Positions 29,128-38,119 of a stretch of DNA of 64,000 nt are shown in pieces. This stretch comes from Candidatus Latescibacterota bacterium. GTDB lineage: Bacteria > Latescibacterota > UBA2968 > UBA8231. The stretch is from contig OZ253462.1 of NCBI GenBank assembly GCA_965261395.1, positions 6,208,001 to 6,272,000 on the forward strand, given 5' to 3'. Both the position numbers and the translations under genes were made by a program. Under the pieces are notes generated by a model. It was not told where the DNA came from, searched no databases, and worked only from the letters and a program-made list of their open reading frames with translations. The stretch's first letter is position 1; each line of letters begins with the position of its first letter.

Positions 29128-30288
29128 ATGGCGATGATAAGGATTTTTTTGCTTATGGCAGCACTGCACGGCGCGAATGTAGCCCTAGCGGAGACCGAGG
29201 TCAAAGGCCGGCCAACCCTAGTACTCAACGGCGAGGTGGCCCAAGTTGTCGTCGATTTGCTGGGCGGCTCGATTGCGGATTTCCACTTGCGGGACCAGGA
29301 TGTCAACCCGCTTTCATGGGGGCGGGAAGGAGCCGCAGAAGAGCCGAGTGCAATGGGACACTTTCTCTGCCTAGACCGCTGGGCGTCGGTCTCGGAGGCC
29401 GAGGCCGAAAATGGCATGCCCGGCCACGGCGAAGCCTCGGCCGTGCCGTGGCGGGTCGTGCGCGGTCCCGAGGAGCGAGACGGCTTCATCGAGGCCGAGA
29501 TGGCCGCCACCTTGCCGCTGGCCGGCTTTGAGGTGAGGCGCTGGCTGCGGCTGGCCAAGGACCGCGCCTTGCTCACCGTGCGCGAAGAGGTCGAAAACAC
29601 CGGCGTGCTCGGACGCATGTACAATATGGTCCAGCACCCGACCATTGGGCCGCCCTTTCTCGACGAGACCACGGTAGTTGACGCCAACGCCCGCAAGGGC
29701 TACATGGTCTATAGCCCCATGCCCAACCCCGAAGAGCCGGCGGTGTTTTGGCCGGAGGCGCGCAAATTGGCGAGCGGGGACGAGGTCGATATGCGCTACT
29801 TGGGAGGCGACGACGACCCAACCAACGCGGGCTATAGCTTCGACGGCGACTACGGCTGGGTCGCAGCCAGCACGGCGAGCAAGGGCCTGCTCATCGGCTA
29901 TATCTGGAAAACGGCTGAGTACCCTTGGCTCAACATCTGGCGCAACTCAGACGCGGGAGAGCCCGTGGCCCGGGGACTCGAATTCGGCACCACGAGTTTG
30001 CCCCTGCCGCCGGCGGCTATCGCGGCCAAGGGAAAAATCTTCGATATCCCGCTCTTTGAATTTCTCGACGCTGGGCAGACTGTCGCCAAAGTCTATGCGG
30101 CCTTTCTCTTTGAGATCCCGTCCGACTACGCTGGGACCGAACAGGTGGCACTGCTCGATGAGCGGCTGGTCGTGCGCCCGCGCGGCACCACGGGCAATCG
30201 CGCCAAAGCTATAGAGGCTGCGGCTGGCGCTGTTGAACGCACGAATGCAGACCTAGAGATGGAAGTCGATGCGCTATTTATCGAGTAG
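29128..30288 (+). CDS. Secreted galactose-mutarotase/aldose-epimerase-like protein
   Basis: Signal peptide; GMPGHGEA, QHPT, YPWLNIW, GLEFGT. Confidence 0.55.
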   Translation: MAMIRIFLLMAALHGANVALAETEVKGRPTLVLNGEVAQVVVDLLGGSIADFHLRDQDVNPLSWGREGAAEEPSAMGHFLCLDRWASVSEAEAENGMPGHGEASAVPWRVVRGPEERDGFIEAEMAATLPLAGFEVRRWLRLAKDRALLTVREEVENTGVLGRMYNMVQHPTIGPPFLDETTVVDANARKGYMVYSPMPNPEEPAVFWPEARKLASGDEVDMRYLGGDDDPTNAGYSFDGDYGWVAASTASKGLLIGYIWKTAEYPWLNIWRNSDAGEPVARGLEFGTTSLPLPPAAIAAKGKIFDIPLFEFLDAGQTVAKVYAAFLFEIPSDYAGTEQVALLDERLVVRPRGTTGNRAKAIEAAAGAVERTNADLEMEVDALFIE

Positions 30289-31903
30289 GTTTTGGGGTGC
30301 GCTGGCCCTGTTGTTGGCTGGGTGTGGCGAGGACGGGACCGGGACCATCGTCGCCCGGGTCGGCGAGGTGGAGATTGGGCAGGCGGAGTTGGCGGCTTTT
30401 GTCGAGCGCCTGCCGCCGGGGTTGCGCAGCCCCAAGGAAGGACGCGCGGCCGACCGGGAGCACTTGCAGTCGATGATCGACGAGGAGCTGATGTTTGCCG
30501 AGGCGCGTGCGCTCGGGATCGACACCAGCTTGGCGGTTGAGCACCAGCTCCGCGAAATGGTGCGGCAGCGCCTAGTGGAGCGCTACCGCGCCCAAGTCAT
30601 TGTGCCGCAGGTGGAAGTCACAGCCGAAGATGTCGAGCGCGCCTTTGCGGAGATGGGGTTTGACCGCGAGCGGCTCTTCAGTCGCGTCTTGGTGCGCTCC
30701 CCCGAGGAGCTGGAGGCGGTCGGGCGCAGTCTGCGCGAGGGTCAGTCCTTTGAAGAAGTAGCCGCGCGCTTTGCCGCCAACGATCTCTTCGCCTCGCAAG
30801 GAGACGGCGTGGTCGGCTGGGTCGGGCGCACGCAAGCCGAGCGGCGGTTCTCCATCCCGCCTGCCGTCTTTGCGAGTTTATCCGTCGAGCAAGTGGCCGA
30901 GCCGGTTGCGCTGGCTGGCGGGTATCAGGTCTTCCGCTTTGTCGAGGACCGCCCGACCGCGCTCGCCGATTATAGTGAGGAAGTGGCCGAGCGGCTGCGC
31001 AAGGAACGGACGCGGGAGAAGGAAGAGGAGGAGTTTGAACGCCTCCGCCTCCGCTACGACGTGCGCCTAGATCCAGAGGGCGAGGCCATTTTGCTCCAGC
31101 GCTCGGATCAATCCCTGACGACGGACGAGTTGAATCATCCCTTCTATACATACGAGGGCGGCGCGATTAGCGTGGCCGAGGGGTTGGGCAGCCTGCAAGC
31201 GGTTGGAGCACAGGGCCTATTGCAGGACGAGGCCGCCGAGCGGATCGGGCGCTTGCTGCTGCCGGTGCGGCTCTTTGAGGCCGAGGCCCGCAAGCGCGGC
31301 TGGACCGAGGCGGCGGCCTTTGTCGAGTGGGGCGAGCACCAGCGCCGGGCACTGATTCTCAATCAGCTCTTCCAACGGGCCACGGCCGGAGCCGCGCCCA
31401 GCGAGGACGAGATTAGAGCGCATTACGAGGCCCACAAGGACCGCTACCGCACCCAGGAGGCCGTGGTCGTCCACGAGTTGTGGACCGCCGAGCAAGAGGA
31501 CGCTGCGGCTTTGCGCGCCGAGTGGGAGGCTGGCGTGCCCATCGCCGACCTGCTCGACCGGCCTGGGGTGCGCTCGCACGTCGGCATTGAGGGGCACGGA
31601 GTGCGCGAGCACGGCTGGGAGATGCGCCTGCTGCGCCTGTACGAGCCGCGCTATCCCGAATTGGTAAAAGCGGCCTTTGCCGCTGAGGTCGGTGCGCTCG
31701 TCGGCCCGCTAGAGAGCATGAACGGGCACGCGGTGTTCCGGGTGCTGCGGCGGGAGGGCGGCCAGATCCAGCCCTTTGCCGAGGCGCGCCGCCGGGCGGC
31801 CGCCAGCTTGCGCCGCCAGCGGGAAAACCAGCGGATCGGTGCGTTTATCCGCCAGTTGCAGGATAAGTACAAGGACCAAGTCGCCGTCTTGGTGGATTGG
31901 TAG
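30269..31903 (+). CDS. SurA/PrsA-like peptidyl-prolyl isomerase (foldase) lipoprotein
   Basis: Lipobox LAGC; IVARVG, LQSMIDEELMFAEA, GQSFEEVAARF, two parvulin-like units. Confidence 0.75.
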   Translation: MRYLSSRFWGALALLLAGCGEDGTGTIVARVGEVEIGQAELAAFVERLPPGLRSPKEGRAADREHLQSMIDEELMFAEARALGIDTSLAVEHQLREMVRQRLVERYRAQVIVPQVEVTAEDVERAFAEMGFDRERLFSRVLVRSPEELEAVGRSLREGQSFEEVAARFAANDLFASQGDGVVGWVGRTQAERRFSIPPAVFASLSVEQVAEPVALAGGYQVFRFVEDRPTALADYSEEVAERLRKERTREKEEEEFERLRLRYDVRLDPEGEAILLQRSDQSLTTDELNHPFYTYEGGAISVAEGLGSLQAVGAQGLLQDEAAERIGRLLLPVRLFEAEARKRGWTEAAAFVEWGEHQRRALILNQLFQRATAGAAPSEDEIRAHYEAHKDRYRTQEAVVVHELWTAEQEDAAALRAEWEAGVPIADLLDRPGVRSHVGIEGHGVREHGWEMRLLRLYEPRYPELVKAAFAAEVGALVGPLESMNGHAVFRVLRREGGQIQPFAEARRRAAASLRRQRENQRIGAFIRQLQDKYKDQVAVLVDW

Positions 31904-31952
31904 CGGCTAGACGGCCGCAGCCATCTTGACAGCCCTAGGTTTTGGACCCTAT
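31809..31952 (+). repeat. Foldase 3' end and downstream TTGACA element, duplicated at 34741-34870
   Basis: RRQRENQRIGAFIRQLQDKYKDQVAVLVDW* vs RRQRENERIGAFIRQLQDKYKAEVAVFVDW*; shared ATCTTGACAGCCCTAGGTTTTGGACCCTA. Confidence 0.9.
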
Positions 31953-32058
31953 CTGAAAATCAAGTAATCGAAAGGGCCACCCTCTCGCACAACCCGGCGA
32001 CGAGGGAGACCCTTCATAAGTGGTAGAAGCCGCATTCAACGAAAGAGGAGTATTTCGG

Positions 32059-34518
32059 ATGAAAAAGTTGCCGTTGTTCTGCATGACCTTCTTGTTGGTC
32101 GGCGTCCTGTTTGTGCAGGGCAGCCGCGCTGAAGACTATACCCTCTGGGGACTGCCCGACGGTGCCCGCGCCCGCTTGGGTAAAGGCACCATCTCATCGG
32201 GCTTGGCCTACTCACCCGATGGTACGCGGATAGCAGTGGGTAGTCGCGTGGGAATCTGGCTCTACGATGCCCATACTGGTACCGAAGTAGCCCTGCTTGA
32301 AGGCCATACGGAAGGTATCACTTCGGTTTTGTTTTCACCGGATGGGTTGACCTTGGCCAGTGGCAGTTATGACGAGACGATCCGGTTGTGGGATGTGTCC
32401 AGCGGCCAACCAAAGGCCACCCTCAAAGGCATAGGCGGTATCACTTCGGTTTTGTTTTCACCGGATGGGTTGACCTTGGCCAGTCTCTCAAATGGGGTTT
32501 CGCCATCTGGGGATAGTTACCAAACCAGTGATGGCGCGTCCCTGACGACTATGATTTGGTTGTGGGATGTGTCCAGCGACCTACCGGTCCTGCTTGAAGG
32601 CCATGCGGGCGGTGTTACTTCGGTTTTGTTTTCACCGGATGGGTTGACCTTGGCCAGTGGCAGTGGGGACGGTAGGATTCTGCTGTGGGATGTGTCCAGC
32701 GGCCAACTACAGGCCACCCTCGAAGGCCATACGGACGGTGTTACTTCGGTTTTGTTTTCACCGGATGGATTGACCTTGGCTAGTGGCGGTGGGAGCCCTT
32801 CGTATGGGGGGAGCGGTAGGGACGATAGGATTCTGCTGTGGGATGTGTCCAGCGGCCAACTACAGGCCACCCTCGAAGGCCATACGGGCGGTGTTACTTC
32901 GGTTTTGTTTTCACCGGATGGGTTGACTTTGGCCAGTGGCAGTTATGACAAGACGATTCGGTTGTGGGATGTGTCCAGCGGCCAGCTACAGGCCACCCTC
33001 GAAGGCCATTGGGTAGGGTCGTTTTCGTTTTCGCCGGATGGATTGACCTTGGCCAATGGTGGCACTTCGGATGAGACGATTCGGTTGTGGGATGTGTCCA
33101 GCGGCCAGCTACAGGCCACCCTCGAAGGCCATTGGGTAGGGTCGTTTTCGTTTTCGCCGGATGGATTGACCTTGGCCAATGGTGGCACTTCGGATGAGAC
33201 GATTCGGTTGTGGGATGTGTCCAGCGGCCAGCTACAGGCCACCCTCGAAGGCCATACGGACGGTGTTACTTCGGTTTTGTTTTCACCGGATGGGTTGACT
33301 TTGGCCAGTGGCAGTTATGACGGTACGATCCGATTGTGGGACGTATCCAGCAGCCAACTAAAGGCGACCCTCGAAGGTCATACGAGGGCTGTCAATTCAG
33401 TTTTGTTTTCACCGGATGGATTGACCTTGGCTAGTGGCAATGGGGACACGCCTTGGATTTTCAGTGCGGCCAGTAGGGCCGGTACGATTCGGTTGTGGGA
33501 TGTGTCCAGCGGCCAACTAAAGGCCACCCTCGAAGGCCATACGAGGGCTATCGATTTAGTTTTGTTTTCACCGGATGGGTTGACCTTGGCCAGTGGCAGT
33601 TATGACGGTACGATCCGATTGTGGGACGTATCCAGCAGCCAACCAAAGGCCACCCTCGAAGGCCATACGGGTACGGGCATCGTCGAGTCGTTTTCGTTTT
33701 CACCGGATGGGTTGACCTTGGCCAGTGGCAGTAGGGACACGCTTATTGTCGATAGTGTCATTAGGGACAGGGCCGGTACGATTCTGCTGTGGGATGTGTC
33801 CAGCGGCCAGCTACAGGCCACCCTCGAAGGCCATACGGGCGGTGTCGAGTCGGTTTTGTTTTCACCGGATGGGTTGACCTTGGCCAGTGGCAGTTCAGAC
33901 GGTACGATCCGGTTGTGGGATGTATCCAGCGGCCAACTACAGGCCGTCCTCGAAGGCCATACGGGCGGTGTCGAGTCGGTTTTGTTTTCACCGGATGGGT
34001 TGACCTTGGCCAGTGGCAGTTCAGACGGTACGATCCGGTTGTGGGATGTATCCAGCGGCCAACTACAGGCCGTCCGGCGAATGGTTGGAAAGTTCTTGGC
34101 TTGGTTCGGGTTGTGGGATGTGTCCAGCGGCCAACTACAGGCCACCCTCGAAGGCCATACGGGCGGTGTCGAGTCGGTTTTGTTTTCACCGGATGGGCAG
34201 ACCTTGGCCAGTGGCAGTTCAGACGGTACGATTCGGTTGTGGGATGTGTCCAGCGGCCAACTACAGGCCACCCTCAGAGGTCATAGTATGGACGATGTCA
34301 GTCTATTTTCGTTTTCACCGGATGGATCGACCTTAGCCAGTCGCGGTTTCTTCAGTAGGGACGGTACGATTCGGTTGTGGGATGTGCCCAGCGGCCAACT
34401 ACAGGCCACCCTCGAAGGCCATACGAGTGCTGTCAATTCGGTTTTGTTTTCACCGGATGGGCAGACCTTGGCCAGTGGCAGTTCAGACGGTACGATTCTG
34501 CTGTGGGATATACCCTAG
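32059..34518 (+). CDS. Secreted WD40-repeat protein (17 SPDG units, near-identical at DNA level)
   Basis: Signal peptide; WGLPDGARARLGKG cap; repeats LEGHT..V.SVLFSPDGLTLASGS.D.TIRLWDV. Confidence 0.95.
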   Translation: MKKLPLFCMTFLLVGVLFVQGSRAEDYTLWGLPDGARARLGKGTISSGLAYSPDGTRIAVGSRVGIWLYDAHTGTEVALLEGHTEGITSVLFSPDGLTLASGSYDETIRLWDVSSGQPKATLKGIGGITSVLFSPDGLTLASLSNGVSPSGDSYQTSDGASLTTMIWLWDVSSDLPVLLEGHAGGVTSVLFSPDGLTLASGSGDGRILLWDVSSGQLQATLEGHTDGVTSVLFSPDGLTLASGGGSPSYGGSGRDDRILLWDVSSGQLQATLEGHTGGVTSVLFSPDGLTLASGSYDKTIRLWDVSSGQLQATLEGHWVGSFSFSPDGLTLANGGTSDETIRLWDVSSGQLQATLEGHWVGSFSFSPDGLTLANGGTSDETIRLWDVSSGQLQATLEGHTDGVTSVLFSPDGLTLASGSYDGTIRLWDVSSSQLKATLEGHTRAVNSVLFSPDGLTLASGNGDTPWIFSAASRAGTIRLWDVSSGQLKATLEGHTRAIDLVLFSPDGLTLASGSYDGTIRLWDVSSSQPKATLEGHTGTGIVESFSFSPDGLTLASGSRDTLIVDSVIRDRAGTILLWDVSSGQLQATLEGHTGGVESVLFSPDGLTLASGSSDGTIRLWDVSSGQLQAVLEGHTGGVESVLFSPDGLTLASGSSDGTIRLWDVSSGQLQAVRRMVGKFLAWFGLWDVSSGQLQATLEGHTGGVESVLFSPDGQTLASGSSDGTIRLWDVSSGQLQATLRGHSMDDVSLFSFSPDGSTLASRGFFSRDGTIRLWDVPSGQLQATLEGHTSAVNSVLFSPDGQTLASGSSDGTILLWDIP

Positions 34519-34579
34519 ATCACCCCTCGGCATCAAAAGCCATTCACGTTTCACCGTCGTAGCCTGATAACCGTTCAAT

Positions 34580-34870
34580 TTGCCCGCAGGTGCCCCCGCC
34601 CGCTTGGGCAAAGTCTTCATCTATGATGTGGCCTATTCACCCGATGGTGCATGGCTGACAGTGAGTACCCAACTCGCCGACCTGCTCGACCGGCCCGGTG
34701 TGCGCGAGCACGGCTGGGAGATGCGCCTAGTGCGCCTGTATGCGCCGCCAGCGGGAGAACGAGCGGATCGGCGCATTTATCCGCCAGTTGCAGGATAAGT
34801 ACAAAGCCGAGGTCGCCGTCTTCGTGGATTGGTAGCGGCTATCTTGACAGCCCTAGGTTTTGGACCCTAC
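34580..34870 (+). pseudogene. Mosaic scar: WD40 N-terminal remnant fused to deleted copy of foldase 3' region
   Basis: PAGAPARLGK..VAYSPDG then LADLLDRPGVREHGWEMRLVRLY matching 31541-31643 with deletions. Confidence 0.8.
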
Positions 34871-34950
34871 CTAATAGTTTTTGCATCCACTCATGCAGCA
34901 AGCGCCGCGGCAAGGGCGGGCCGCTGGCGAGCGAGGGAGAACGCGAAGCG

Positions 34951-37900
34951 ATGAAGAGCCACTCCGCTGTGCAGATCCTCGTCGGCCTAGCACTGAGTTG
35001 GGCATTGGCCGAGGCCCAATCGGGCTATCAGATCGTCGGCGACGAAGTCGTAGTCGAGCGGGCCAGCCACTGGCAGCGGTGGTCTATTCCCACCCATCTG
35101 GCGCGCATCCAAGAGGACGGCTCGGTGCGGGCGCACGCCCTGCGGACGGTCTTCAACGTCCTAGACGATCCCGGCTTCAAGCGTCCGATCGTCATTAGCA
35201 AGTCCGAGCCGCGTATCGGCACCATCGACAGCACCATGCAGTTCGACGTGTTTGGCGAGCCGATACGGAACACGCTCAACGAGCTGGTCTTCGACTATTG
35301 GGTGCGGCCCGGTATCAGCCGAGTGGGATCCAATCCTCAGCTCGCGGCCAACATTCTCGACGGCGACCCCACCACGTTTTGGGAGCCAGACCCGCGCGAC
35401 CCCATTGAGCAGTGGTGGATCGAGGTGGACTTGGGGAGGGTGGTGCCGGTGGAGCGGCTCAAGCTCCAGTTCGTTGATGAGTCGCTCGGGGATCCTTTCC
35501 TGCGCTTCATCATGCTGCTGTCGGACCGGCAGAGCGCGCTTTTGCACGAGTCGAATAGCCGCATCGGCTTCCAGCTTTTCATCCCGCAAGACGCGCCCAA
35601 TACCACGCAGCGCGAATACATCTTCGAGAGCGAGCACACCAGCCCCGAACTCCCCCCGGCCACTGGCGTGGTCAGCGACAAGGAGCTCGTGGAGAGCTTG
35701 CGCCGCTCGCCCGAGTGGACCGGGCGGAAGATCGAGACGATCCGCATTGTCATCACGGATACGCGCGGCGGCCGGGCCGAGCAGATTGCGCAGGAGGCGT
35801 GGGAAGCCCTGGCGGAAGCAGAGCGCGGGGATATCGTCTATTTTGCGCGCGACGTGGCCGGCCGCGAGGAGCCGGTGGACGAGGCCACCTATCAGGCTTT
35901 AGAGGCCCAGCGCCAAGGGCGGCGGGATTTCTACCGCCGCGAGTTGCCGCGCCTAGCCGGGGTCGAAGCGCACGGCTGGGGCGACAACTTGGCGATCAAC
36001 CTGATTGAAAACGGCGGCTCGTACGTGCTGACGACCGATGGGACCAATACGCTGCTTGCGTTCGACGGCGCCGCCAGCACTGGATTTTCACACCAGATCC
36101 GCAATCCGAAAAACCCCACCGCCAACGTACTGACCATAGATATGGGAGGCATTGTGCGCTTGGCTCAGACCCGCTTAGTGGGCAGTAGCCGGGGCTACAT
36201 CATGCGCGCCTCCACGGGCGAGCGCGACGCTCAGGGCAATCTCAAGTGGCAGCGCATCAGCCCGGAGGAACGCGAGCGCAATATCTTCACCGGCCACTTC
36301 CTCGACATCGCCGACATTCAGGACCCGCCAGTTTTGACCCGCTTCCTCGACATGGTCACCATCGGCCACGTGCCCCCGGGATTTAGGGCCACCGGCCCGG
36401 GCGGCACCGGCCACATGAACCAGTTCTGGTCGTATCATCATGAGCTCATGCTGCTCGCCGAAGGTCCGCCGGCCGAGGTGGTACTAGAGTCGGATCTGAT
36501 CGAGTTGCCGGGGTTGGTGGGCTTGGGCGCGGTGCGCTGGGAGGCGAGCACGCCCCCGGGCACGGATGTGGAGATTCGCACCCGCACCGGCGACCAGCTT
36601 TTGCAGCAGATCCGCTATTTCGACAAGACCGGCAACCAGAAGACCGCGGCCGAGTACAAGACGCTGGCCGGTTTTCTGAAGGGGCCTTCGGACACGACCG
36701 TGGTGGTGGGGCCGGGCTGGAGTCCGTGGAGCCAGCGCTACTTGCAGCCGGGGGACTTGGCCACTTCGCCGGGCCTGCGGCGCTTCATGCAGATTCAAGC
36801 GCGTCTCAAAAGCAGCGGCCAAAACGCGCCGGCCTTGCACCGCATTGCGGTGGCGTTCCACCAGCCGGTGGCCCAGTATCTGCGGGCCGAGGTGTGGCCG
36901 ACCGCAGCCGCGGCTGGGGTGCTCGACACTTTCTCGCTCTACGTGCAGCCCAACTTTTTGCAGCAGCCGGCCGCTGTGCGCAGCCCGGGCTTCGACCAAC
37001 TGCTCTTGTACGCGGAGCCGTCGTTTGCGCTAAAGATCGTCGATGTGGCCATGGGGACCGAGGCCGAGCTGTTGGCTGAGACGCCGGTCCAGTGGGGCGA
37101 CGAGCTAACGGTACGCGCCGAGGGCGATTCGCTGTGGCTGGAATTCCCGCAGACCGTGCAGGACGCGCCGACCGACGTGCTCACGCCGGTGTACTACCGG
37201 TCGGTTGTCCCCGGCGATGAGGTGCCCACTGGATTGGATCGCAACCTGTTGACCTTTACCTCGCATAGCCTCTTGCCGGATGCCGAGCGGGGTGCCGTGC
37301 GCTACTTCCGGCGGCTGGCAAACGGTAGCTTGGCCGAAGTGGACGCCGCGGACTACGACGCGCTCAGCGCGGACGAGCAAGGGCCGGTGCGCTACTTCCG
37401 CAAGGTGGTCGGGCTGGGCGATCAGGTGCCCTTTGACGCGGCTGGCGACAGCCTCGACGAGCGGGGCTACGGCCGGCTGGGCAGCCAGCGCGGTTGGGTG
37501 GTGGGTCGCGGTCGGCTGTTGCGCGTGCGCTTTGCCGGGCGGGTGTACCTGCAAGGGACGCGGATGCAGGTCGCCGTGCGGCAGAGCCAGCCGGCGACGC
37601 CTTGGCAGGGGGCCGACGGAGGCGACGCGACGGCCTTGAGTCCGTCCAAGAGCCTGTCGATTGGCGCGCAAGGGGCGCGGGCCACCATCGACGATATTGC
37701 TATCGCGCCCAATCCGTTTACTCCCAATGGCGACGGGATCAACGAGACTGCGGAGATCGACTTTTCCCTGTTCCGCGTCCAGGTCGCACGGCCGTTGACC
37801 CTTCATCTATATACGCTGGCCGGACGGCGGGTGCGGCAGTTGGTGGGGCTGGCCACCGGCGGGCCGCAAAAGTTTAGATGGGACGGGAAGGACGAGGCCG

Positions 37901-38007
37901 GGCAGGTAGTACCGCCGGGGTTGTACTTGTGTCAAATCGCAGTGGAGGCAGATGCAGCAGGAGTCGGAGGGACGACCCGCACCCGCCTCATCGCCGTTGC
38001 ATATTAA
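34951..38007 (+). CDS. Large secreted protein with discoidin-like domains and FlgD-Ig tail (paralog A1)
   Basis: Signal peptide MKSHSAVQ; DGDPTTFW..WIEVDLG; IRTRTG..WSPWS..SPG.RRFMQ; PNPFTPNGDG..WDGKDEAG..VAY*. Confidence 0.75.
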   Translation: MKSHSAVQILVGLALSWALAEAQSGYQIVGDEVVVERASHWQRWSIPTHLARIQEDGSVRAHALRTVFNVLDDPGFKRPIVISKSEPRIGTIDSTMQFDVFGEPIRNTLNELVFDYWVRPGISRVGSNPQLAANILDGDPTTFWEPDPRDPIEQWWIEVDLGRVVPVERLKLQFVDESLGDPFLRFIMLLSDRQSALLHESNSRIGFQLFIPQDAPNTTQREYIFESEHTSPELPPATGVVSDKELVESLRRSPEWTGRKIETIRIVITDTRGGRAEQIAQEAWEALAEAERGDIVYFARDVAGREEPVDEATYQALEAQRQGRRDFYRRELPRLAGVEAHGWGDNLAINLIENGGSYVLTTDGTNTLLAFDGAASTGFSHQIRNPKNPTANVLTIDMGGIVRLAQTRLVGSSRGYIMRASTGERDAQGNLKWQRISPEERERNIFTGHFLDIADIQDPPVLTRFLDMVTIGHVPPGFRATGPGGTGHMNQFWSYHHELMLLAEGPPAEVVLESDLIELPGLVGLGAVRWEASTPPGTDVEIRTRTGDQLLQQIRYFDKTGNQKTAAEYKTLAGFLKGPSDTTVVVGPGWSPWSQRYLQPGDLATSPGLRRFMQIQARLKSSGQNAPALHRIAVAFHQPVAQYLRAEVWPTAAAAGVLDTFSLYVQPNFLQQPAAVRSPGFDQLLLYAEPSFALKIVDVAMGTEAELLAETPVQWGDELTVRAEGDSLWLEFPQTVQDAPTDVLTPVYYRSVVPGDEVPTGLDRNLLTFTSHSLLPDAERGAVRYFRRLANGSLAEVDAADYDALSADEQGPVRYFRKVVGLGDQVPFDAAGDSLDERGYGRLGSQRGWVVGRGRLLRVRFAGRVYLQGTRMQVAVRQSQPATPWQGADGGDATALSPSKSLSIGAQGARATIDDIAIAPNPFTPNGDGINETAEIDFSLFRVQVARPLTLHLYTLAGRRVRQLVGLATGGPQKFRWDGKDEAGQVVPPGLYLCQIAVEADAAGVGGTTRTRLIAVAY

Positions 38008-38077
38008 TGTGGGGCCGATCGGCCGATTGATGCCGCGCCCCGTCCGTCGCAGTGGCTGGTAGATGTTGCATATCAAT

Positions 38078-38105
38078 GTAGGGGCGACCGGCCGGTCGCC
38101 CCTAC
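38078..38105. repeat. GTAG-type REP-like perfect palindrome
   Basis: GTAGGGGCGACCGGCCGGTCGCCCCTAC is its own reverse complement. Confidence 0.8.
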
Positions 38106-38119
38106 CAAAGGAGGTTGTT

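Noticed and set aside
29061-29696. N-terminal extension of the 790-aa solute-binding ORF
   Set aside because: Antisense to the 29128 gene; the lipoprotein signal starts at 29060
31975-32015. Hairpin upstream of the WD40 gene as an ncRNA or terminator
   Set aside because: Single short stem, no U-tract, no recognisable family
32290-34510. Regular repeats with variable intervening sequence resembling a CRISPR array
   Set aside because: Units are ~120-170 bp, in frame, and encode WD40 repeats; no cas genes present
32059-34870. Diversity-generating retroelement acting on the WD40 gene
   Set aside because: No reverse transcriptase in the window; repeat differences are indels and not adenine-specific
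34651-34950. N-terminal 100 aa of the 1118-aa ORF
   Set aside because: Runs through the duplication scar; RBS and signal peptide indicate a start at 34951
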